NCBI GenBank assembly: GCA_030390025.1
Contig: JASTWF010000035.1
Span: 1,364,001 to 1,428,000 of the forward strand
Length of the DNA: 64,000 bases
Reading direction: 5' to 3'
DNA from: Squalus acanthias
Lineage: Eukaryota
Shown here piece by piece: positions 23,111 through 33,997 of the stretch; within the stretch, counting starts at the first letter, position 1; each line of letters begins with the position of its first letter. The notes under the pieces are model-generated. The model searched no databases and was not told the origin of the DNA. It saw only the letters and a program-made list of their open reading frames with translations. The position numbers and the translations under genes were made by a program.

Positions 23111-25682
23111 GGGAACGGTCGCATATTGGTAATGTTATTGGGATAGTAATTCAGAGGCCTGGACTAATGATCCAGAAACGTGAGTTCAAATCCCACCACG
23201 GCAGCTGGGGAATTTAAATTCAGTTAATTAAATAAATCTGGAATAAAAAGCTAGTATCAGTAATGGTAACCATGAAACTATCGGATTGTCATAATAACCC
23301 ATCTGGTTCACTAATGTCCTTTAGGGAAGCAAATCTGTCTATATGTGACTCCAGACCCACAGCAATGTGGTTGACTCTTAACTGCCCTCTGAAATGGTCT
23401 AGCAAGCCTCTCAGTTGTAACAAACCGCTACGAAACACAATAATAAGAATAAAACCGGACGGGCTACGCACACGGCAATGGCACACGCAGCCTAGTCGAC
23501 CCTGCAAAGTCCTCCTCACCAACATCTGGGGACTTGTGCCACAATTGGGAGAGCTGTCCCACAGACTAGTCAAGCAACAGCCTGATAGTCACAGAATCAT
23601 ACCTTTCAGCCAATGTCCCAAACTCCTCCATCACCATCCCTGGGTATGTCCTGTCCCACCAGGGGTGGCAGCACAGTGGTATACAATTGGGAAGGAGTGG
23701 CCCTAGGAGTCCTCAACATTGACTCTCGACCCCATGAAGTCTCATGGCTTCAGGTCAAGCACGGGCAAAGAAACCTCCTGCTGATTACCATCTACTGCCC
23801 TCCCTCAGCTGATGAATCAGTACTCCTCCATGTTGAACACCACTTGGAAGAAGCACTGAGAGTAGCAAGGGCACAGAATGTACTCTGGGTGGGGGACTTC
23901 ATTGTCCATCACCAAGAGTGGCTCGGTAGCACCACTACTGACCGAGCTGGCCAAGTCCTGAAGGACATAGCTGCCAGACTGGGCCTGCGACAGGTGGTGA
24001 GAGAACCAACACGAGGGAAAAACCTACTTGACCTCGTCCTCACCAATCTACCTCTCACAGATGCATCTGTCCATGACAGTATTGGTAGCAGTGACCACCG
24101 CACAGTCATTGTGGAAACAAAGTCCCATCTTCACACTGAGGACACCCTCCATCGTGTTGTGTGGCACCACCACCGTGCTAAATGGGATAAATTCAGAACA
24201 GATTTAGCAGTTCAAAACTGGGCATCCATGAGGCGCTGTGGGCCATCAGCAGCAGCAGAATTGTATTCCACTACAATCTGTAACCTCATGGCCCGGCATA
24301 TCCCTCACTCTACCATTACCATCAAGCCAGGTGACCAACCCTGATTCAATAAGGAGTGTAGAAGAGTCCAGTCCAGATCCAAGATCGTCCCATCCTCTGT
24401 CATTAAATTACAGTATGCAGACGATGCTTGCGTCTGCGCACACTCGGAGGTCAAACTCCAAACCATCGTCAACATCTTCACCGAAGTGTACGAGAGCATG
24501 GGCCTTACACTAAACATCCGTAAGACAAAGGTCCCCTACCAACCTGCCCCCGCCACACAGTACTGCCCCCTGATTATCAAAATCCACGACAAGACCTTGG
24601 ACAACGTGGACCACTTTCCATACCTCGGGAGCCTACTGTCAACAAGGGCAGACATCGATGATGAAATCCAACACCGCCTTCAGTGTGCCAGTGCAGCCTT
24701 CGGTCACCTGAGGAAGAGAGTGTTTGAAGACCAGGACCTCAAACCCGGCACTAAGCTCATGGTCTACAGAGCAGTAGTGATACCCGCCCTCCTGTATGCT
24801 TCAGAGACATAGATCATGTACAGCAGGCACCTCAAAGTACTAGAGAGGTACCACCAATGCTGCCTTCGCAAGTGCTGCAAATCCATTGGCAGGATAGGCG
24901 CACCAACGTCAGTGTTCTCGTTCAGGCCAACATCCCCAGCATCGATGCTCTGATCACGCTCGATCAGCTCCGATGGACGGGCCACATCGTCCGCATGCCC
25001 GATACGAGACTCCCAAAACAAGCGCTCTACTCCGAGCTCCGACACGGCCAGAGAGCCCCAGGTGGGCAGAGGAAATGCTTCAAGGACATCCTCAAAGCCT
25101 CCTTGAAAAATGCAACATCCCCACCGACACCTGGGAATCCCTGGCCCAAGACCGCACAAAGTGGAGGAGAAGCATCCGGGAAGGTGCCGAACACCTCGAG
25201 TCTCTTCGCCGGGAGCAAGCGGAAGCCAAACGCAAACAGCGGAAGGAGCGCACGTCAACCCAAGCACCCCACCCACCCGCCCCTTCAACCACCGTCTGCC
25301 CCACCTGTGACAGAGATTGTAGGTCCCGCATTGGACTCATCAGTCACCTGAGAACTCATTTTTAGTGTGGAAGCAAGTCATCCTCGGTTCCGAGGGACTG
25401 CCTAAGAAGAAGAGAAGAAGAAGAGCATGCCAGTAGCAGCACCAGGCGTACCTAAAAATGAGGTGCCAACCTGGGGAAGCAGCAACACAGGACTTCATGC
25501 ATGCTAAAAAGCAGAAGCAGCATGCTATAGACAGGACTAAGCAATCCCACAATCAACGGATCAGATCAAAGCTCTGCAGTCCTGCCACATCCCATCGTGG
25601 ATGGTGGTGAACCATTAAACAACTAACGGGAGGAGGAGGCTCCATGAATATCCCCATCCTCAATGATGGTGGAGCCCAGCAG
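23111..25682 (+). mobile_element. tRNA-headed LINE, 5' part (APE endonuclease), interrupted by RTE
   Basis: B-box at 23182-23193; LLTNIWGL, IYCPP, VGDF.VH, PTRGKNLLDLVL and GSSDH APE motifs; resumes at about 25419 after the RTE. Confidence 0.85.
24367..25418 (+). mobile_element. RTE-clade LINE, 5'-truncated
   Basis: YADD, LNIRKTKV, FPYLGS, LRWTGHIVRM...RLPKQALY, C-terminal CPTC..C..H..H zinc finger, (AAG)n tail; AGAAGAG at 24360-24366 and 25419-25425. Confidence 0.92.
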
Positions 25683-27752
25683 GGACCTATGCACATTAAC
25701 TCCCTGGTCCCTCTGTCCCTGCACAGTTTTAAAACTGTGCCATTAAGTGTATATTGCCTCTCCTTGTTCCTTCTGCCAAAATGCATCACCTCACACTTCT
25801 CTGTATTAAATTCCATCTGCCACTTGTCTGCCCATTCTGCTAGCCTTTCTATGTCCTGTTGCAGTCGATTGGTATCATCCTCAATGTTTGCCACACCCCC
25901 AAGTTTGGTGTCATCGGCAAATTTAGAAATTCTACTCTGTATTCCAATATCCAGGTCATTTATATATGTCAAAAAAAGCAGTGGCCCTAGCATTGACACT
26001 TGGGGAACACCACTGTCTACCATCCTCCAGTCTGAAAAACAGCCATTTACCACAACTCGCTGTTTTCTGTCCTTAAGCCAATTCCTTATCCAAGCTGCCA
26101 CAGACCCATCTATTCCATGAGCCTCAATTTTGTTAACCAGCCTTCTATGTGGTACTTTGTCAAACGCCTTCCTAAAATCCATGTAGACAACATCCATTGC
26201 ATTCCCTTCATCAATCCTCCCTGTTACTTGATAATTGTTTCTAAAGCTTTAACCACCACTGATGTTAAACTGACCGGCCTGTAGTTACTAGGATTATCCT
26301 TATACCCTTTCTTGAACAGTGGTGTCACATTTGCCACTTTCCAATCCTCAGGCACCTCCCCCGCATCTAGGGAAGATTGGAAAATTATGGGAAGCCCTTC
26401 CACTACCTCCTCCCCCAATTCCCTTAGCAACCTGGGATGCAAGCCATCTGGACCAGGCGACTTATCCACTCTAAGCATACCCAGCCTTTCTCGTATGGCC
26501 TGTCTATCAATTTTCAGCCCTTCCATTGCTTCTAGCTTTTCCACTTCTACCGATATTTTGTCAGCATCCACCTCCTTAGTAAACACCGATACAAAGTACT
26601 CATTGAATAAGCTAGCCTTGCCCTGCGCCTCTAAGCATATATCACAATCTTTGTCCCTAACAGACCCCACCCCACCTCTTACTACCCGCTTACTGTTTAC
26701 ATGCCGGTAGAAGATTTTTGGGTTCCATTTTATGTTAACTGCCATTCTACTCTCATATTCTCTCTTTGCTAATCTTATTTTCAACTTCACTTCCCCTCTC
26801 AACTTATTGTCTTTGGTCTGGTTCTCCCCTGAAGAATTCACCTGACATGCATCATGTACCCTCTTTTTTTGTTTTCATCATCTTCTCAATCTCCCTCATC
26901 ATCCAAGGAGCCCTGGCTTTGGTTCCCTTAACCTTCCCTCTTATGGGAATGTACCTAACCTGTACTTGGAACATCTCCTCCTTAAAGATCACCCATTGTT
27001 CTGTTACAGTTTTTCCTGTCAGTCTTTGGTTCCATTTTACCCTGGCTAGATCCTTTCGCAATCCATTGAAGTTAGCCCTAGATTGTTCCTTGCTCCTCTC
27101 CATTGCTAATCTAAATCTTATGATACAATGATCACTCGTACCCAAGTGTTCTACCACAGACACTTGGTCGACTTGGCCCACCTCATTCCCCAGCACCAGA
27201 TCCAGCAATGCCTCCTTTCTAGTTGGGCCAAGAACATACTGGTCAAGGAAATTCTCCTGAACACATTTCAGCAATTCCTCCCCCTCCTTTCCCTTTACCC
27301 GAGCATTATCCCAATTGATATTTGGGTAATTAAAGTCCCCCAATATCACCACTCTGTAGCTCTTGCATATCTCTGCAATTTCCCTGCAGATTTGCTCCTC
27401 TATCTCCCTCTCACTATTTGGAGGACTGTAGAATACCTCCAATAGCGTGATCATACCCTTTTTGCTCCTCAACTCTAACCAAACGGATTCTGTCCTTGTC
27501 CCCTCAAGAACATCCTCCCTTTCCAACACTACAATGTCTTCCTTAATCAGCACTGCCACCCCACCTCCCTTTTTTCCTTCCCTATCTTTTCTGAACACCT
27601 TGTACCCTTGAATATTAAGTGCCCAGTCCTCACCGCTTTTAAGTCACGTTTCCATTATTGCCACAACATCTTATTTGCCACACGGCTAATTGTGCTTGTA
27701 GCGCACCAATCTTATTCACCACACTTTGTGCGTTTACGTACATGCATTCTAA
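25683..27752 (-). mobile_element. CR1 LINE ORF2 (APE plus RT); same element continues at 35963-39154
   Basis: ORFs 26852..27598 (APE), 26224..26841 and 25553..26197 (DFRKAFD, GVPQ, FADD). Confidence 0.92.
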
Positions 27753-28826
27753 AGCAAAGAGTTGGAATAAACGGGTCTTTTTCCGAGTGGCAGGCAGTGA
27801 CTAGTTGGGTTCCGCAGGGATCGGTCCTAGGACCCTAGCTATTCACTATATATATTAATGATCTAGACGAGGGAACTATATGTAATATCTCCAAGTTTGC
27901 AGATGACACAAAGCTGGGTGGGCGTGTGTGCTGCGAGAAGAATGCCGAGAAACTCCAGTATGATTTGGACAGGTTGGGTGATTGGGCAGAAGCATGGCAG
28001 ATGCAGTATAATGTGGATAAATGCGAGGTTATCCACTTTGGTGGCAAAAACAGAAAGGCAGATTATTATCTGAACGGCAATAGATTGGGAGAAGGGGAAG
28101 TGCAACAAGAGCTGGGTGTCCTTGTGCACCAGTCGCTGAAGGTAAGCATGCAGGTACAGCAGGCGGTTAAGAAGGCAAATGGTATGTTGGCCTTCGTAGC
28201 GAGAGGGTTTGAGTACAGGAACAAGGATGTCTTGCTGCAGCTGTACAGGGCCTTGGTGAGACCATACCTTGAGTATTGTGTGCAGTTTTGGTCGCCTTAT
28301 CTGAGGAAGGATGTTCTTGCCATGGAGGGTGTGCAACGAAGATTCACCAGACTGATACCTGGGATGGCAGGAATGACATACGAGGAGAGATTGGGTCGAT
28401 TGGGCTTATACTCACTGGAGTTTAGAAGAATGTGAGGAGATCTCATTGAAACTTATAAAATTCTAACAGGGCTAGACAGACTGGATGCAGGAAGGATGTT
28501 CCTGATGGCGGGTGAGTCCAGAGCAAGAGGTCACAGTCTAAAGATAAGGGGTAAGCCATTTACGACAGAGATGAGGAGGAATTTCTTCACCCAGAGAGTG
28601 GTGAACCTGAGGAATTCTCTACCACAGAAGGCAGTTGAGGCCAAGTCAGTAAATATATTCAAGAAGGAGTTAGATATATTTCTTAAGGCTAAAGGTATCA
28701 AGGGATATGGGGAGAAGGCAGGGACAGGGTACTGAGTTTGGATGATCAGCCATGATCTCATCGAATGGCGGAGCAGGCTCGAGGGGCCGAATGGCCTACT
28801 CCTGCTCCTATCTTCTATGTTTCTAT
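27753..28826 (+). mobile_element. CR1 LINE 3' fragment; tail split by Harbinger and finishing at 35962
   Basis: RT C-terminal ORFs; TTCTAA duplicated at 27747-27752 and 35963-35968. Confidence 0.9.
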
Positions 28827-29342
28827 GGGGGAAAAATTCAGTTGGTTGCGCCTCCCGTTAGCGCCTTAAGAGGGGGCTAATGGGGTGCAAACCAACTAGC
28901 GCCTGGGCGCAGCGATGTTTGCGCCGCTCGCGAACTTAACTAGACATTTTGCGGTGGCGCTAAACTTTACCGCCGCGATCTCCTGCGCACGCAGATCTTG
29001 ACGTCATACGAGGGTGCAACGCCCTTGTGGCGCCCCGGAGCGGAAATTGAGTGGCGCCGCCATCCTTTCCGCCTGGCGCAACCAACGACCAGAAGACTGG
29101 AACGCTACCAGTCGCTGTGGGGCTGGGGGGGCGCTATTTAAAGGGGGCCTCTTCCTGTCTTTCTCTGTGGTTGACATTTTTGCACCACTCGTTCTGAGAG
29201 AGAGAGAGAGAGAGAGATTCGGAGAGAGAGAAAGAGAGACTTCTGCATTGAGTCAACGCTGTGTGAGGTAGTTTTGGCTACTGATCATAACTTGGCAGGT
29301 ACTTTGGTTTTTGGCCTTCATAACTTTGCTTGCTAAGAGACT

Positions 29343-30494
29343 ATGGGGGCTGCACTGATTGGGGGCGTCGTCCTGCGCCACCTGAATCGGAGGACACAGA
29401 GACGCAGAGAGAGAGTGGCAATCATGGCCAGACGGAGGAGGGCCAACAGGCGTCTGTAGAGGAGACCTTACCCTCCCAGGGTATATCGTCAACAGCTCTC
29501 CTACATTCATATGTCTGAGGAGCAGTGTTTGCGAAGGCTGCGCTTCAGCAAGGAGGTGGTCACTGAGCTCTGCCACCTGCTGCAGCCAGATCTGCAGCCT
29601 CAACTGAGGTCCAGGACGTCTCTGTCGGTGGCAGTGAAGATCACAGTGGCTCTGAACTTTTATGCTACTGGCTCATTTCAATCTGCTGCTGGGGACATCG
29701 CCAATATCTCCCAGTTCGCGGTGCATTGCTGCATCCGTCAGGTCACAAATGCCCTCTTTAAAAGGAGATGAGAGTACATCTCTTTCCCCATGACCCCAGA
29801 CAAGCAGCATGAACGCGCAATGGGCTTTGCGAGGATAGCGGGCTTCCCCATGGTGCAGGGCGCCATTGACTGCACGCATGTGGCTTTGCGTGCTCCGCAT
29901 GAGAATGCCGAGGATTTCCGGAACAGAAAGGGGTTCCATTCCTTGAACGTTCAGTTGGTCTGTGACCACAGACAGCTGATACTCGCTGTCAATGCCCACT
30001 ATCCTGGCAGCTGCCACGATGCATTCATCCTGCGCCAGACTACTGTGGCAGAACTTTTCGAGGCACTGCATCAGCCAGTTGGTTGGCTTCTCGGGGACAA
30101 GGGGTATCCACTGAGCACCTGGCTGATGACACCGCTCCGTACGCCCAACACCCCTGCTGAGCTGCGGTACAACGAGAGCCATCAAGCTACCAGGAACATC
30201 GTTGAGCACACAATCGGCGTGCTCAAGCAACGGTTCCGCTGTCTGGACCATTCTGGAGGAGCCCTGCAGTACTCGCCTGAGCGAGTTTCCCACTTCGTAG
30301 TTGTGTGCTGCATGCTGCATAACATGGCAATCCTCAGGACCCAGCCAATGCCACCAGGCCTTGGAGCACCACCAGAGGAGGAGGAGGAAGAGGAGGAGGA
30401 GGATGATCATCAGCAGCACCAAGGCGGGAGGGCGGCCCACAATGTTGAAACTGCAAGGGCCGTCCGTCAACGGCTGATAGCAAGCCGCTTCTAG
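29343..30494 (+). pseudogene. Harbinger (HARBI1-like) DDE transposase, 383 codons with two nonsense codons
   Basis: Single frame from ATG 29343; stops at 29457-29459 and 29769-29771. Motifs [49 protein letters not shown] and CCMLHN. Confidence 0.95.
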
Positions 30495-31145
30495 GCCCCT
30501 GCTGAGGAAATGGCTTCTGCCATTGAGAACAACATGAATGAAACCAACCCGCAACCCCTAAGCCGGCCAAGGCACCAATGATTCCAAAGACCAAACATGT
30601 ATATTTTGAATACAAAAACTTATTTATTTCACAAACTCTGTGTGTGTCATTTCCTCATGACAAACTAATAGAAAGAAACACAAAAACACAGTCATTAACA
30701 GAACTGGTTCTCATAACCTGGAGATAATGTCCAAAAGTTTGACCACGAACCTTAGCCTTTAATAAAAAAATTACCAACATTTTGTCACACCTCCTACTTT
30801 TTGCCCTTCGAGGGTGATCTCCTTCCCTTGCGCACTTCCCCCCTTCCCACCCGACTGGTCCTCCGTAATGGGACCTCAGTGGCTGCAGCAAGGCTGGTGG
30901 AAGGCTGCTGATTGTCAGAACCTGAGACTGCAGATGCCCTTGAAGGACGGCCTCGACCAGCTCTGGGCCTGGAGGGCCCGGCTGCAGACTGCACCAACTC
31001 TGCATGGGCGGCAGCAGTCTGTCCTACAGGCAGTGGCAAGTGCAGTGGAGAAGTGACAGTGGTGGCAGCAGGAATGCTGTCATCTTGAGAGAGAAATCAG
31101 AAGTCGCACAACACCAGGTTATAGTCCAACAGATTTATTTAATTT

Positions 31146-31180
31146 TACAAGCTTTCGGAGCTGTTCGCTCCTTCTTCAGG
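31146..31180 (-). ncRNA. Minimal hammerhead ribozyme motif (Penelope pLTR)
   Basis: CUGAAGA-A-GGAGC-gaaca-GCUCC-GAAA-GCUUGUA on - strand. Confidence 0.7.
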
Positions 31181-31394
31181 TAAGGTAGCTGTGAGAGAAT
31201 CTCCCAGAATTCACAATATAAACACAGAAAAAATCTATTCAAATCTTTCCCTACATCAAAGACACACTAAGAGCACAGCCAAGACAATGAGATGTGTCCC
31301 AGGGGGTCCAACGTGTCAAAACACCTGCTGGCTGCATATCCTCGCCATTAGTCTTTTTAAAACAAAACCTGGAAAGACCGGCCATGATGTCAAG

Positions 31395-33092
31395 TCACGT
31401 TCTGTATCGTGACATGAACTCGATATCGCGATTGAGGCCATCCTCATGAGTGCGGAACTTGGCTATCAGTTTCTGCTCTATGATTTTGCGCTGTCGTGTA
31501 TCCCGAAGGCCGCCTTGGAGAACGCTTACCCGCAGATCCGAGGCTGAATGCCCCTGACTGCTGAAGTGTTCCCCGACTGGGAGGCAACCCTCCTGCCTGG
31601 CGATTGTTGCGCGGTGTCCGTTCATACGTTGTCTCAGTGTCTGCATGGTCTCGCCGATGTACCATGCTCTGGAGCATCCTTTACTGCAACGTATCAGGTA
31701 GACAACGTTGGCCGAGTCACATGAGTATGTACCATGTACCTGGTGGGTAGTGTCCTCACGTGTGATGATGGTATCTGTGTCCTTGATTTGGCATGTCTTG
31801 CAGAGGTTGCCGTGGCAGGGTTGTGTGGTGTCGTGGTTGCTGTTCTCCTGAAAGATGGGTAATCTGCTGCGAACGATGGTACTTTTGAGGTTAGGCGGCT
31901 GCTTGAAGGCGAGTAGTGGAGGCGTGGGGATGGCCTTAGCAAGGTGTTCGTCGTCATCGATGACATGTTGAAGGCTGCGAAGAACATGGCGTAGTTTCTC
32001 CGCTCCGGGGAAGTACTGGACGACGTAGGGTACTCTGTTGGTTGTGTCCCGTGTTCGTCTTCTGAGGAGGTCTATGCGGTTTTTCGCTGTGGCCCGTCGG
32101 AACTGTCGATCGACGAGTCGAGCGTCATATCCCGTTCTTACGAGGACGTCTTTCAGTGTCCGTAGGTGTCCATCGCGTTCCTCCTCGTCTGAGCAGATCC
32201 TGTGTATTCGCAGGGCTTGTCCATAGGGGATGGCTTCTTTAACGTGGTTAGGGTGGAAGCTGGAGAAGTGGAGCATCGTGAGGTTGTCCGTGGGCTTGCG
32301 GCAGAGTGAAGTGCTGAGGCGTCCGTCTTTGATGGAGATTCGTGTGTCCAAGAATGAAACCGATTCTGAGGAGTAGTCCATGGTGAGTTTGATGGTGGGA
32401 TGGAACCTGTTGATGCTATCGTGTAGTCCTTTCAGTGATCCTTCGCCGTGGGTCCAAAGGAAGAAGATGTCGTCGATGTATCTGGTGTACAGCGTTGGTT
32501 GGAGGTCCTGTGCAGCGAAGAAGTCTTGCTCGAACTTGTGCATGAAGATGTTGGCGTATTGGGGTGCGAATTTGGTCCCCATGACTGTTCCGTGTGTTTG
32601 GGTAAAAAAATGGTTGTCGAAGGTGAAGACATTGTGGTCAAGGATGAAGCAGATGAGTTGTAGGATGGCGTCCGGAGATTGGCTGTTGTTGGTGTTGAGT
32701 ACTGAGGCTGTCGCAGCGATGCCGTCATTGTGGGGGATATTGGTGTAGAGTGCTGATACGTCCATCGTGACGAGGAGTGTTCCTGGTTCAACTGGTCCAT
32801 GGGTGCTGAGTTTCTGCAAGAAGTCTGTAGTGTCGCGACAGAAGCTGGGGGTTCCCTGTACGATGGGTTTCAGGATGCCCTCGACGTACCCAGAGAGGTT
32901 CTCACACAGGGTTCCGTTGCCTGATACGATAGGACGTCCGGGTGTGTTGGCTTTGTATATCTTTGGGAGGCAGTAAAAGTCTCCTACGCGGGGAGTACGT
33001 GGGATGAGAGCGCGTAGGATGTTTTGAAGGTCTGGATCGAAGGTCTTGATCAGTCTATTGAGTTGGCGGGTGTGTTCTTTGGTCGGATCTGC
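31395..33092 (-). CDS. Penelope RT plus GIY-YIG endonuclease (open frame of about 565 codons, N-terminally truncated)
   Basis: YCLPKIYK, GRPIVS, DVSALYTNIP, GTVMG, YIDD, FLD, NVVY..WYIGET. Confidence 0.9.
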   Translation of the reverse strand, partial: ADPTKEHTRQLNRLIKTFDPDLQNILRALIPRTPRVGDFYCLPKIYKANTPGRPIVSGNGTLCENLSGYVEGILKPIVQGTPSFCRDTTDFLQKLSTHGPVEPGTLLVTMDVSALYTNIPHNDGIAATASVLNTNNSQSPDAILQLICFILDHNVFTFDNHFFTQTHGTVMGTKFAPQYANIFMHKFEQDFFAAQDLQPTLYTRYIDDIFFLWTHGEGSLKGLHDSINRFHPTIKLTMDYSSESVSFLDTRISIKDGRLSTSLCRKPTDNLTMLHFSSFHPNHVKEAIPYGQALRIHRICSDEEERDGHLRTLKDVLVRTGYDARLVDRQFRRATAKNRIDLLRRRTRDTTNRVPYVVQYFPGAEKLRHVLRSLQHVIDDDEHLAKAIPTPPLLAFKQPPNLKSTIVRSRLPIFQENSNHDTTQPCHGNLCKTCQIKDTDTIITREDTTHQVHGTYSCDSANVVYLIRCSKGCSRAWYIGETMQTLRQRMNGHRATIARQEGCLPVGEHFSSQGHSASDLRVSVLQGGLRDTRQRKIIEQKLIAKFRTHEDGLNRDIEFMSRYRT

Positions 33093-33962
33093 GACCCTAC
33101 GGGAAGACGAACACGGGACACAACCAACAGAGTACCCTACGTCGTCCAGTACTTCCCCGGAGCGGAGAAACTACGCCATGTTCTTCGCAGCCTTCAACAT
33201 GTCATCGATGACGACGAACACCTTGCTAAGGCCATCCCCACGCCTCCACTACTCGCCTTCAAGCAGCCGCCTAATCTCAAAAGTACCATCGTTCGCAGCA
33301 GATTACCCATCTTTCAGGAGAACAGCAACCACGACACCACACAACCCTGCCACGGCAAAATCTGCAAGACATGCCAAATCATGGACACAGATACCATCAT
33401 CACACGTGAGGACACTACCCACCAGGTACATGGTACATACTCATGTGACTCGGCCAACGTTGTCTACCTGATACGTTGCAGTAAAGGATGCTCCAGAGCA
33501 TGGTACATCGGCGAGACCATGCAAACACTGAGACAACGTATGAACGGACACCGCGCAACAATCGCCAGGCAGGAGGGTTGCCTCCCAGTCGGGGAACACT
33601 TCAGCAGTCAGGGGCATTCAGCCTCGGATCTGCGGGTAAGCGTTCTCCAAGGCGGCCTTCGGGATACACGACAGCGCAAAATCATAGAGCAGAAACTGAT
33701 AGCCAAGTTCCGCACTCATGAGGATGGCCTCAATCGCGATATCGGGTTCATGTCACGATACAGAGTCTTTCCAGGTTTTGTTTTAAAAAGACTAATGGAG
33801 AGGATATGCAGCCAGCAGGTGTTTTGACACGTTGGACCCCCTGGGACACATCTCATTGTCTTGGCTGTGCTCTTAGTGTGTCTTTGATGTAGGGAAAGAT
33901 TTGAATAGATTTTTTCTGTGTTTATATTGTGAATTCTGGGAGATTCTCTCACAGCTACCTTA

Positions 33963-33997
33963 CCTGAAGAAGGAGCGAACAGCTCCGAAAGCATGTA
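33963..33997 (+). ncRNA. Minimal hammerhead ribozyme motif (inverted Penelope copy)
   Basis: CUGAAGA (33964-33970), stem GGAGC/GCUCC, GAAA (33987-33990), GCAUGUA. Confidence 0.65.

Noticed and set aside
23125..23200. Functional tRNA gene
   Set aside because: A B-box is present but no convincing cloverleaf, and the sequence continues into a repeat body seen in multiple copies.
29343..30494. Domesticated host HARBI1 gene
   Set aside because: It lies within TIRs and a TSD next to a Myb partner gene and carries two nonsense codons.
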